A stretch of 64,000 nucleotides of DNA. Source: Ptychomitrium polyphyllum (Eukaryota). Position 1 is the first letter of the stretch, and each line of letters begins with the position of its first letter. The notes beneath the pieces are model-generated. The model ran no database searches. It was not told the origin of the DNA and saw only the letters and a program-made list of their open reading frames with translations. The stretch is taken from assembly GCA_973851085.1 (NCBI GenBank), contig OZ316775.1, positions 14,198,001-14,262,000 of the forward strand, given 5' to 3'. Of the stretch, positions 23,549-36,000 are shown in pieces. A program made the translations under genes and the position numbers.

Positions 23549-26500
23549 CGTCTCCTGTCTGAGACTGCCGTGGCGAGTCAAGCATTTCCTGGTGCGTCAA
23601 TTTTTCAGCACCGGCAGCATGGGCTCTTGAGAACCACTGACCCATCCTGATGGAAAATAACGACTAACAATTCAATCCTCGATTGTGTTACAATTGTTAC
23701 ATTCTTCTTCCGCTTAGTTGTATATATGAGCTTTTGTACCTACCGGGCAACATCACGTTGACGTCAGGTCACATTTATATCGTTTAGCTTTGATGGCCTG
23801 CTAGGGACACCTAATTGATACGCTCAAGCGGTGTCCTCTGAGAATTCCAATGTACTGTTCGAATATGAATTCATAATTCTACAGCTAATGTTAAGTGTAC
23901 TTGCTGTTCATGAGGTGTCCAATGAAGATTTTGTGACAATGGATCAGTATATTGTGCTCCTTCCACTGAGGATTGGGGGAGCTCTTGCAACAAGTTACTA
24001 AACGTTTATACCTTCATGCATTCATTGTCACATGCCCTAACTATCATTTATTGTTAATTTTTCACTTTTTAAGGTGATGATGAGTTTGCTTCAACTACTA
24101 AATGTTATTACCAGTTCAAGAAATCGATTGCAAGTAATGTAATCATTTCGTGTTAATTGTATCCAAAATGCTACAAGGATTCTGAATTGGCTGATTTTAA
24201 CTAAGCGAAGGAAAGAAAAAATTAATCCCAATATATCCTTCTCAAAGGTGATTACAACCTCATTCTACACTTAATCATGTTTTCTTCCTAGAAGTTGGGG
24301 CTAATAATCGATGATTATGATTATTGTTATGAAATGTTTGTTACAACCTTGATCATGAACCTTGTAACAAATTAACTCTCTGATTGCACGCGAGGTCTAA
24401 GCAAACTTACTACAAACTCGCAAAGCGTGTAACAGATTGGTGAGTCGCATTGAACTAAAACAAATACACTATCCCAGGCCTGCTCACGATGTCATATTGT
24501 ATGCACAAATTCACCCAAAAGCGGTGCACTGAAAGTTCGAATCGTAGATCCTAAATGAAGTTAGTGATCAGTCATACCACATAAGCTTTACTTCCTCGGC
24601 GAAAGGGAGGGACTAATATTACAAGGTTTGGGTTGGTTTTGGTAGGCGTAATGTGTGGTGCAGATGAGATTGACACAGAGGAGAGGTGGACATTATCCCA
24701 TCTTCCTACGAGGGAACGAATCTATAGATTTTGTAGATATGTCTGTTTGGTCAGAATATGGTTTGCCGGAATAAGCACTATTTTAGTTTGGCTTGTGAAC
24801 GTGGCCATCTTTGATCTCTAGTTCATGCGAGAACCAGGATGCCGATGGAGATTCCACCCAATCATGTGCGGCTGTGGCCTGGTCACCGGGTGGGTTGGGC
24901 CACTGCCTTTGGGCGTCCAAGGAGCTTGGCCAGAAGTCGGGGAATAATCAACTAATCAGACGAATGATCATCATTGCCCTTTTGCCGAGAAAAAGAGACT
25001 AGGTGCGTCTCTTGGCGAAGAGTGGGGTTGAGAATATTTCAGTACATGGACCTCGCACTGCTCCCCTCTGCCCCTACCATTCAACGACAAACGATTGCTC
25101 ACTTCCCAGGCTTTAAACACTAACTAGTTCCCTTGTAGTCCTTGCCTTCAAATTCAACAATAGAGTGCTTTCTTTGTGAATTGTATTGGAACAAAATCAC
25201 TGTCTAAAAATAAAAACGTTTAATAATTTTCAACAATACCATGCACATACAGTACTGTACTTGCGGCGGCATATTTTTCGGTAAGATAAGGCTATCTGAA
25301 TCAGAAAACAGAGTTATCTCAGTCATTTGAGTAGGTCAATGCTTCAGGGTGGTGGTGGATTAGTAGGCAACGAGGTATTTGTATTATGTCGGATTTAACG
25401 TCATGGTCAATGAATTCGTAGGTGACACTGTTCATAGACTGTCATTAACTTTCATATGGCTCCAATGAAAATCTTGCCTATATTTACTGTTGGTGACTCT
25501 AGTACGATGATGTATATAACAATTTAAGGGTATTGATGATCCTTCTGGCCTCTAGTTTATTTCTGATTATTTTATTTGCATTCATCGCTAAAAAGTTATT
25601 ATTAGAATCTTCGCGTATTAGTAGATTTCAGGATCTTTATAGGAATACTGAAAGCCTCATTTGATTGAAAGCATTATTTCAAAGAATACTTCAAAGCGAC
25701 GATGCTCCGGACAATCTTTGTTTTCAACAAACACTAGATTCGAATCATTCTATGCTCTTATAAAAAGCAAGAACGCGAGAATTTGACAAGTACGGCTTGT
25801 GAAGGAGAACCATGTGATTGCAGACTCTCGGCGAGCATAACGATCAGCAGATGAATATTCTAGTCATTGACTGGGAATAACATATTTACCGGGAATTATT
25901 ACGTAAGCTGCTTTCTGAGATCAACACCTGTGAATACGCTGCGACACACCAGTGTAGGCCATGCACTGTGATAAGAATTCTCAAGCCTCAACACTTTTTT
26001 GATGTCTCCCAGGACTTCAGTCCATCTTGTAGACTCACGGGAATCAAACGCAATGGCAGATGAGGGCAAAGAAATCATTATATCAAATCAGAGAGAGAGA
26101 AGTTGATTTTGAGTCCCCGTTCCATTGTAGTAGATCTCTTCACAAAATTGTATCTGGTAAGTTTACGTTGCGAGCATTCCTGTTGAAGGCCTAAATCCAA
26201 CACTGCTACGCGTTCTAGCACCATTTTGTGGGATCTCTGAACGTGCATACTCTGAGAGAATATCGTTTACAAGGTGCACATATACTTGTTCCTCACCAAA
26301 ATAGTTGACCCATGTCTGGAACGATCTCTACTGTCTAGGAGAATTCTTAAACCAAAATCAAACAACACAATGTACTAAACCCTAGAGTAGGTACAATTCG
26401 TTCCATCGCAAGCTGCAATATCCTCGGCAGCAGCAGTGTCCATTAACTTGACTTATTGCCTCATTTTCAGAAGGGCAGTTTGCATCCTTCTCCAATTCCC

Positions 26501-28909
26501 CAACTCAAACATCACTCTTTGACGATAGTATTTTCTAAACTCAATGTGAATTGTCTATCTTTGTCCAGTTTGTTGAAGAACTATTTGGTAACTATTTGGC
26601 ATTCATTCAAGATCACAACCCTTGCCAAACAGTATTGTGTAGCCTTTTGTAGCACAGATATACCTGTGAGTATTTCAGTTCAATTCTGAATCAGCCAATA
26701 ATACTTCCATTTATTTGTGCCATCATCATTGAACGTAATTGTGCTAATAACAAGTTGCACCAATTGATCTTTCTGTTCTTCCAGCAAAAGTTATACTCTA
26801 GCTCGGGTCACTTTGTTAGTTCAGACGCTCGGTGCGACTTTTAGAAGAGATTTGTATGCATTTTTGTTTGAAGTCCCAATTGTACACACTGGGCCGTTCA
26901 GTACCGGGACCCAACATAACTTTAGCGAAGGAGCTAAGTACAATGGCTCTAGATAGCTTTACAGCTATTCCTGGAGGCACAGGCTATCTCGAGGCATGGC
27001 CATGGTGTGGAAGAAACAGCCGAAACAGTGATGTGTACTTGTAAGATGCATACATATCCAATAAAAGTTGGGGTTCACTGTTGGTAAGAACATTATTTAT
27101 TTGCTAATGGTAGGCTGATGATCAGAATTCGTGTGTTCAAAGCGGGTCTTGAAATTTACAGTTCTTTTCAATTGTAAATTTAGTGGCTGATATTACATTC
27201 GTATGCAATGGAATCTTTTGAAGTGCGTGTAAATGTAAAATGTATTACATTGTGGTTGGAATAGATGGATGCTTTCAATTGGTTTGTTCTCTTTATGAAG
27301 CTTTGCATAAGCACATGAGTTACAATTTATGGTACTGCATGAAGTTGGGAGTATCTGAGATTCATTCACGGATTTATAGCTGTGTGATCAATCTCAGTGA
27401 CCGGTCTAAAGCATTTAATTTCAACCGGACCCAAGGAACCAGGACAAGATTATAATGTTGCAGTTTTGTTCATCTAACAAGATGCCCATGGTTGGTAATA
27501 CGAATCTTTTGAAATCAAGTGCGAGTAAGATCTGTCAATCAAGGGCTTAGAAATCTTCTCCGAAAAGCTTTAGGTCGCACATCAGAAACCTTGATTTATC
27601 AATAAAGCGAAGTTTATGCTCTAGGTCATTCTCAAAAACTTTTAGGCTTCAGAGAAGGGAGGCCTTTGCATAATACTCGACCCTCTTAGTTTGACATTTC
27701 CCATGCAACCAAGTTTAACCAGTGCAAAGAACTCACGTTCCGGTGTTTATTGTGAAGCTTGGCTTTTTACCTGCACTTCTAAGTTTTTACGAAGCAGAGT
27801 TTTGAGTAGGTATTTTATTCTCAGACGTCCTACTGGCCTCAGAAACCAGACTTGTTCCAGGCTAAAGATAGATGACAAATCGGAGATTGGAAGTCGTAAT
27901 AGTCAGTTGGAGTAAGTTCCACTAGACTTTTGCAATCAAGTGGACTCCTATAATGCAAGTGAATCATGGCTATATTGGACTCGTCTAGGTGCATATGTCG
28001 TGTCTTTCCATCTGGTAGAATATATCCTTCAGAGCACAGTACTAGTCTCGTACTGCATACCCATTTTTAAGACTTACTTTGGACGTGTGCTACCTTGCCC
28101 ATTATCTAATTAGGAGCTGGGAGATCCAGCTTATCGGAGACTGGATTGGGTGGTTGCAGTACCTTATTAATATGATTTTTCATATATGCCTTCAAAGTTA
28201 GAGAATGTTGAAACTGAAGACCAGGACCTGGAAAAAAGAACTTTCAGGAACCTGATATGATATTTTGACAGGCTTTACAACGCTGCATGTAAAATAATCC
28301 TTTTGACAAAACCTGCTCCTGTCTTTTTACCCACAACTTTTGCAGACGTGTCAAATACTAGGCTGATTAAGACAGTAAATATTGGGAGAAAAATTGTATC
28401 AAATAATCTGGACGCAAAGAGATTATGGGGATAAGCGACCTCTCCAAGCATTTACATGTGTTAATTTAAGCGGTGTCGGTCTATCTAGCAGCAGGATTCT
28501 ATCAACAAGCAAATTATTGGTTTCAATGGCATTCAATTTCTTAGAATACAACTTACAAACTACTCCATATTATGCTAAGTTTGGTTTTGAACAATTTCAC
28601 ATGTTGGACAAGGTATTCTGCTATAATGAAGATGTTCTGAAGATGGATCTGCATATTCTAGTTCCACAAGTTTCTAATAGTTCCTTTAATGAATGACCTA
28701 ATTATGTCTTCATTTTGTATTGACTGAGTCGTGAGTCGAAATCACAAGGAATCTGTAACGTAATTTCCTATGGCAAGCTCATAAATTTTGTACCTTACGA
28801 CGATTTGATGTTTAAGAGCATAATATTTTCAGCTACTAATTTAGAATACTCTCTTTGAGGCAGACTGTCTTGTGCTTCCACTGAAGCTGTATATTACTAT
28901 GAGATAGTA

Positions 28910-29390
28910 GCACCAATGATGGCAAATATATGAAGGCGAAAGGGTACTCTTCTACATGCCACATGCTCCTGAATGCTATTATGCTACTGATTTTGAGAGT
29001 CCCTCCTACAGATACTGTATAGCCACATAGCCATGCTCTTGGTCTCGGCAAGAGTCGATGAAGGAGGATACTTCTCATCACTAAGATGGGAGAGCTTTGT
29101 AGTATTTGACAACATGATCAAGGAAGGCTTCTTCTCAGACAGCATGCTTTTGGGCAGGATTACAGGGACCACAGCAGTGACAAGCACAACTGGAGGCCGG
29201 CCCGTTCAGTTCATGGCCCTAGTGCTCTTCAACGAAATTCCAAATACAACAAATCCAGCCTCACAGTCTTACCAGGAATCATCATGCCCGGAGGAAATGT
29301 ATCATTTCCAGGGATACAGAGGGTGTGGCGAATTTGTCGACGTAGCATCCACTCCAGTAGATTTCGGTGAACAAATGCATTTCTGAGATG
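28910..29390 (+). pseudogene. Heavily decayed pentatricopeptide-repeat (PPR) gene fragment
   Basis: Broken PPR-like helices across frames: YMKAKGYS, LGLGK/RVDEG, ESFVVFDNMIKEGFFSD, ALVLFNEI; interrupted by stops and frameshifts. Confidence 0.45.
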
Positions 29391-31073
29391 TCTGCCTTCA
29401 ATCGAAGTAGAATAATGAATTAGGCTTAATTTGGAGTTAGTGTAGAATGATTGATTTCTACTGGATAATGGTACATCACATTTTTCATTGAAACATGTGA
29501 TTTCTAGGACATGCAAAAATGAAGCAGCTGAAGCAGCGGCCACAAGATGACCAGCTTCTAGTTTGCATCAGTTTCTGAGTGATGCCGTATTAGGTGACTT
29601 CAGATACTACAATCTAGTTGACACATTGGACAGGTGACACATCGTCTACTCCAATTTATAATTGTTCGATTTCTGGCAGATCAAGGCTCCTAAATGTTCA
29701 ACAATTATAGCAGGGTCCAACAATTCCAGTATCAACCAATCTAAAATTTCCAAAAAATCGAGATCCTACATATTCCACAGATCCGGCAGCTAGTAAACCT
29801 CCACGACTAAACTAGCCATTACTGTGCACAATCAAGGCATCTCGCCAAGGTCTCACGCCAATATACTAGCACGGTAACCCAATGAGCCCCTCTAACCACT
29901 CCACACATCTTTGCGCAGCAGCTGGAAGCTCATAATATGAGCTCACATTGTCCTCTTTCCACCCTTCCAAGGTTTCGTACTCCACCTGTTCATGTGCATG
30001 ACAACATCCATGAGCATTGATACAAGAAGCTGCTCAAAAAACAAAGAGAGAAAAATAAAATGATAATCAAGAACGTACAATGCGTCGAAACAAGTTATCA
30101 AATCTTTTTAGAACTTTAAACTCACAGAAACCCTGCTCTGAAACATCTAAGAAACACTTTAAAGAGTTTATGATAATTCAGAAACACAAAAAATTTAAGA
30201 ATGAAGCTAAGGATATGACGGCAATGGACTCTAAAAGTTTCCAACTCAGACAACTAACCTCAAATTGCTCAAGGATGGATAAATCAGATGAGAAGGATCT
30301 CAGGTTCTCGTCGGAAGGGGTTCTGTATGCAACACTCAACTTTATCTCAACTAGTCCAGAAAGTACATCAAGCTTCGTCAGATTAATGGCAGTAAACCGA
30401 ATTATAGTACAAGCAAAATTAAGAGCGATTATCCAGCCAGCCACAGCGACGAGGCCTTCAGTGGTGATACCCCACTCAAACCCAGCCTTTCGAAGCTCCT
30501 CTCTTTCAACACCAAAAAGTACTGTTGGATATGGTCCTGAGCCCACATGTGTCGTATATGCTTTCGCCTGCACAATGAGGAATGCCCTTAAAATATTCAG
30601 AGATGAAATGATAGAGATCAGAACGGATACTTCACAATGGAAATGAATCTCCATTGGTGTATTTTAGAAAGGATCAGATAGGCAAGATGACAAGGAATAA
30701 CGTACCACGCCAACAACGTCACCAAGGCGACTAGGAGTCATTCCCAAACCAGTGCAAAATCCTCCAACGCATAGATTAAAGGACGTAACAAAAGGGAATA
30801 TTCCGAAATCAATATCGAGCATGGTAGCCTAGCTCCCCTTAATCAAGATCCGCTTTCCTTCAGCGTAAGCACTGCTCACATAATCCAGTGCCCACAACGT
30901 AAGGCTCCAGCCTCCCTGCGTGCTTAATATACTCCTCCATCTCGGCACCCACGAGTGCGGCAGAGTACTCTAGGTTATCAACTTCCTAGAAATCTCTGCA
31001 CGGGAAGTAATATTGTGAGGAGTAGTATGGAATTTTATAAGCCATGCCCTTCTCTTTCAAGTAGAGCACATTA

Positions 31074-31298
<225 letters not shown>

Positions 31299-31398
31299 TC
31301 AAGTGAACGGTAGAACAAAAACAAAAAAACTCAGAAAAGAAATTAGACGGACAGACTGCAACGAATATGTGAAGAAAACTCAAAACTAAAAAATACAC

Positions 31399-31487
31399 GT
31401 AGCATCAGATGCAGAAGTGTCACTCACGCATGCCCACGTGTGAGCATGGCTCAGGTGAATCATCGAGAGGTGATCATCACACGCTAC
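31399..31487 (-). ncRNA. Box C/D snoRNA, copy A (intron 1 of the ADSS pseudogene, sense strand)
   Basis: GTAGCG-T-[C GTGATGA]-TCACCTCTCGATGATTCAC-[D' CTGA]-GC-CATGCTCA(CACG)TGGGCATG-C-[C'-like GTGAGTGA]-CACTTCTGCAT-[D CTGA]-TGCTAC; 6-bp terminal stem GTAGCG/TGCTAC. Confidence 0.8.
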
Positions 31488-31540
31488 AACCAGTTAACTC
31501 CACATGATTTCCTCCCAACGAAAATTTAGTATACGGGTGA

Positions 31541-31625
31541 GGCATCAGATGCAGAAATGTCACTCATGCATGCCCATTACAGGACACGGCTCAGGTGAAT
31601 CATCGAGAGGTGATCATCACGTGCC
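31541..31625 (-). ncRNA. Box C/D snoRNA, copy B (paralogue of copy A, 140 bp upstream)
   Basis: GGCA-C-[GTGATGA]-TCACCTCTCGATGATTCAC-[CTGA]-GC-CGTGTCC(TGTAAT)GGGCATG-C-[ATGAGTGA]-CATTTCTGCAT-[CTGA]-TGCC; terminal stem GGCA/TGCC. Confidence 0.8.
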
Positions 31626-33096
31626 ACATCCATTTCATTCCCAGAAAACGGAGACCTACGTTTCGGCATCATCCATTTTGCCACGTTTGGCAGCAACCCA
31701 GGTGAAGAAACATTAAATCCGACCATCGCATCCCATAACCTGCAAGTAACCTAACTAATATCTTTTCAGCTTACATTCGTAAACCAAACACTCGTACACC
31801 TTAGTGCACAATTATCGAGCATACAGAATAGATATTTCGAAGGTTGCAATGCACTCATTAAAGACCAGCATTACACTCGGTCACTAAAAGAGGCCATCTA
31901 TGGTGAAAAAAACAAAGCACAAAACGGCATAAAAGACAAGTCCATATCTTCCAAAAAAAACTGACAACCTTTACTTGATCTTCCCACGCAAAAGGACCAA
32001 CTGGAGATGACTATAATTTTGTCCAGAATGTAGTGACTTCGCAATAGGAAGGACAGCAAAGAATGGTTAGCGAGTACCACAAATATGATATGCTTGACAT
32101 CTGATCATGTTCATATAGTTCGACCAAACATTTCCGAATAGAGAAAAAGTGAGTATGAATCTGCTCGCGACGCACCCCTGAGAAAACAAAAGGCATACTG
32201 TCTGCTCGCGACGCGCCACACGGGAAGAAAGAGAAAAGCTAGACGAGGAAACCAGAGGAGAGCAAGGATGACCACACCTGGCATCGCGCAAGCACGTCGA
32301 AGGGCTGCGCCACGGTATCCACCAACTTGCCCTTCCCCTCGTCACCCAACTGCGTGCCGAACATAGCGCACACCTGCTACAACCCACTGATTGCGTCCGC
32401 CTCGCGCCCTCTCTCCGGGTCCGCCTTCACGACCTCACCAAACGCCATTGGTCCTCACCCCGCACCCAACTGCGCCAATGCCATTGTTGCCGCCCTTCAC
32501 CCCGACCACCCTCACGGTGTTCTTCTCCGAAATGAAAACCCCCAACCCCTTCCACAACTGCTGGATTGCTGCTGTCGCTGCGCCCGCTGCAACGACGCTC
32601 TGCGAGGCCACAGCTGTTGCAGCTGCCATCGCCATGGTTCCGCTCCTCCCTCCATAAGAGAGGGACACGAGTGCAAAAGGAAAGAAACCAGAACCGGGAA
32701 GAACACTTGAAGAGCTCGCTGAACCCTAAACCCAGTGATGCCAGCGCCAAGGATTGGACTAGATTCCGGTTGTTGCAACACCATATCGTCTTCTTCACAA
32801 CTTCAGTACATACCCTGTCAAGGTATCAACCGGATATTTCAGGTTTCTAGATGAGTTTCAGCGAACTCTGCTTGAAGGAGATGAGTTCAGATGACCACCT
32901 CAACGCTCCAGCAGAATCATTCCAATTGGGATGGGCACATGAGCGAGAATTCTTTTAAGGTCTCTGTTTTTGAGATTGCCACATCTTGAGCGCTTCGGTG
33001 AGATTGTAGAGGCCAGACAGCGCTTGTGGTGGATGTGAAGCAAGGTAGGGCGATATAAGATTGCGGTGTGTGAGTTGGAAGGTTGGGGTTTCTGAG

Positions 33097-36000
33097 ATGA
33101 TGCAGCAGTTGGCAATGCAGGCAGCGACGCTGCCATCTGCGTTCTTCTGTGCGACGTCGTCGTCGCGCTCGAACGGTCCTGCTCTGTCGTTGCAGGTGGG
33201 TCAATCTATGTCGATTGTTGGACGGTTTTGTTTTCTCTTTTCATTTGTGTGTGCGCTCGTCGTTGTGCGACTGCGCTTTCGTGAGTGTGGGCATGTTGTT
33301 TGCTGGCCGTTTGGAGAATGCTTTAGACGGCGAGTCGGAATGGAGCCGGGTTTCTTTTCGTCTGATTTGGGAGGTTTCTGAATCTATGATTGTTTCTCTT
33401 ATGTAGCATATTCTTCCGTGCTTGAAAAGGTAATGAGATAGCCATGATTCTTTATTTTACTCAATTGCTGCTATGAGTAATCTCTCAAAGGGAGCTGGTA
33501 GCCTATTCGAATCATCTCTTAACTGTGTTTTGATTTTCCAGTGTTGTGGAGGTGGCCAGCTCAACCTATTCAATAAACGAGGATGTCAGAGATCATTACC
33601 CATGAGAAAGAAGGCCTGGCGATGTGCAGCGGCTACGGAAGGAAAACAGGTCGGCGGGAGTAGTCAAATGCTGGTATTGCCCTTCCTTCTGTATTTCTGA
33701 TATTCAACTTAGGGTTTAGGGTTTTAGTTTCAGGACTTTTACGAAGCTTGTTATTGTGCAGGTTTGAACATGATGTTCGTAATGTCTTTCAAGCCTGTAT
33801 GCAATAGACAAGAAGCGAACATTAGTTGTTTTAGATGCTTTTGTATGTAGTGTCACATCGAAATTGCAATGAAAATCTTGAATAGGACAAAGGTTGAATT
33901 GTGAAGCAGATTGTTAGTTTCGATTCTCCCGCAATGCTTGGGGTTATAAACATGTGATGAAAATCTTGTGTGGGGAAAAAACGTTTCTCAGATTATGTTT
34001 ATGCAGTTGTGGGATTGATGACTCTACGTATGATGTGCAAATAATGTCGATGTTGACAGGTTTATGTACCACCGCACCCGCTTATTAAGCATTGGGTTTC
34101 AATTCTCCGCAATGAGTTCTCGCCCCCTCCAATGTTCAGTAAGACCTCCTATCAAAAGATCAATAATTCGTTGGAGGCACTAAACCTTTTTAATGTGTCG
34201 GTATTAGTCTTTTTGCTGGTGTTCAGGATGATACTTAAATGAGATTCCTTTTGATTTGCAGGAAGTGCTATGGCAGAGTTGGGTCGGATTTTAATATACG
34301 AAGCATCACGAGATTGGCTGGTTAGTGCTGTCCATTGGCTTTGATTCCTTTTTTATCTTATTGGATTCATTGCCTTTCCAAGTTTCTTTGAATTTTTCGC
34401 TTCCAGTATGCATTGATTCTTTTGGACAGCTTACAGTGAACGGGGAGGTGAACACACCTTGCGGTGTTGCTCAAGTAGAGTTCATCGATCCTAGAGAGCC
34501 TGTGAAGGTCAGTTCTCTCCTTTTCTAGACCAATTATACATGAAAGGGACAAAATAAACTAAAATAAATTTGATGGAAGTTCGAATTGAATCTTCAAGTT
34601 GGGGGATGAATGTAACAGTCCCATAGAAGATATTTCATAATCTAGAAATGTTCTGCTGATATTACACCTAATGAGTTGATAGCATTTGATTTAAGTTCTA
34701 ACTGATTTCCTGAAGTCATTTTATACGATTGTTTTGGAACGTAATTGGAAATTATGTCAAGTTCGTTTATGTGTACATTAGTTTGTCTGAAAGTGTAGTT
34801 GTCGGGCCGTTTCATTTTATCATACATATATTCCTATTTTACAGAGATTGATAGCCGCATGCAAGTAGCAGCAAACTTTATCCATGGACATTTTGTCTTT
34901 ATAGGTTGTGCCTATTCTTCGAGCTGGGCTCGTACTCGTTGAGCAGGCGGCGTCTGTTTTACCAGCAAATCAAACTTTCCATCTTGGTAAGTCTCATATG
35001 TGTAGTGATGGTTCAGATTTTCTTTCGTTAAGTTGAGAGTTTATTAAGACCACAATTTTTGTAAATGTGAGAGTAACACTTAAGTTTAAGGACCTGAGCT
35101 CTTCAGATAACAATTGATTTGGTCACCAAAAATTATTTCGACCTGTTAGGCTCAGCAAAAATTTGTTTCACGAGGTATTCTGCTCAGAAAGAAGTTATTT
35201 TATGTGCGGAACTTTGGTAACCAAGATAAATACCAAATGAAATGTCTTTTAGACAGCTGCCAGTTTCTGTATTTAGTTGGTCCCACTTTATCGAATTGAA
35301 TTGTTGTATACTGAAAAGGTTTACGGTGGAACGTTTCATTTCTGATGCAGGGTTTGTACGGAACGAGGAGACGCTTGAAGCCTCTATGTACTTGAATAAG
35401 TATGGTGGAATCTCTTTTTCTTCTGCAACTGCGTGCATCATGCTGTATCCATATTGGATCATGAAATATTGCAATATGCCTTTGTGACAGTTGTTTTTTC
35501 GATGGTGCAGGCTTCCAGAAAAGTTTGATGAAGATGCGAGGGTACTTGTGGCTGATCCAATGCTTGCTACAGGTAGAGCATACCTAAACAACAATTCTGC
35601 TGTTGTTCTTATGACCTCCAGCAAGAAGTGGTTTTGACGGCATGTGCTGAAGGATTTAACTCTTGAAGGATCTTGGAGACCATTCCAGTCCTTGTCTACC
35701 CACATTATTTGGGTTTTATAATATGGATAGGTCAAAATTTTAATGTTTGTAAACGTTTACGTATATTTGTAATTCGTAAGCTTGCAAAAGTCCTCACCTT
35801 TACAACACTTGATTAAAGAATTTTGTATTTTAGCATCCTTAAATTGAGTTATGTACGAAGGGCTAAGAACCTTATGGGGTTAAGTGACGGGTTGTAGTGC
35901 ATGTTCTAAAATGGCTGCAGCACTTTTCAGACCTAAACTTAGAGTTGTGCTTCTATGTTTAAATGTTTCCTTGGAAGTGAGTCTATAGGTCCTCATTTCA

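Noticed and set aside
24927..24979. Minus-strand ATGATGA..CTGA..TGATTA..CTGG as a snoRNA
   Set aside because: Only ~50 nt, an 8-nt guide and a non-canonical D box.
26375..26384. CTAAACCCTA as a telomerase RNA template
   Set aside because: No USE/TATA Pol III promoter or conserved flanking motifs; an isolated telomere-like motif.
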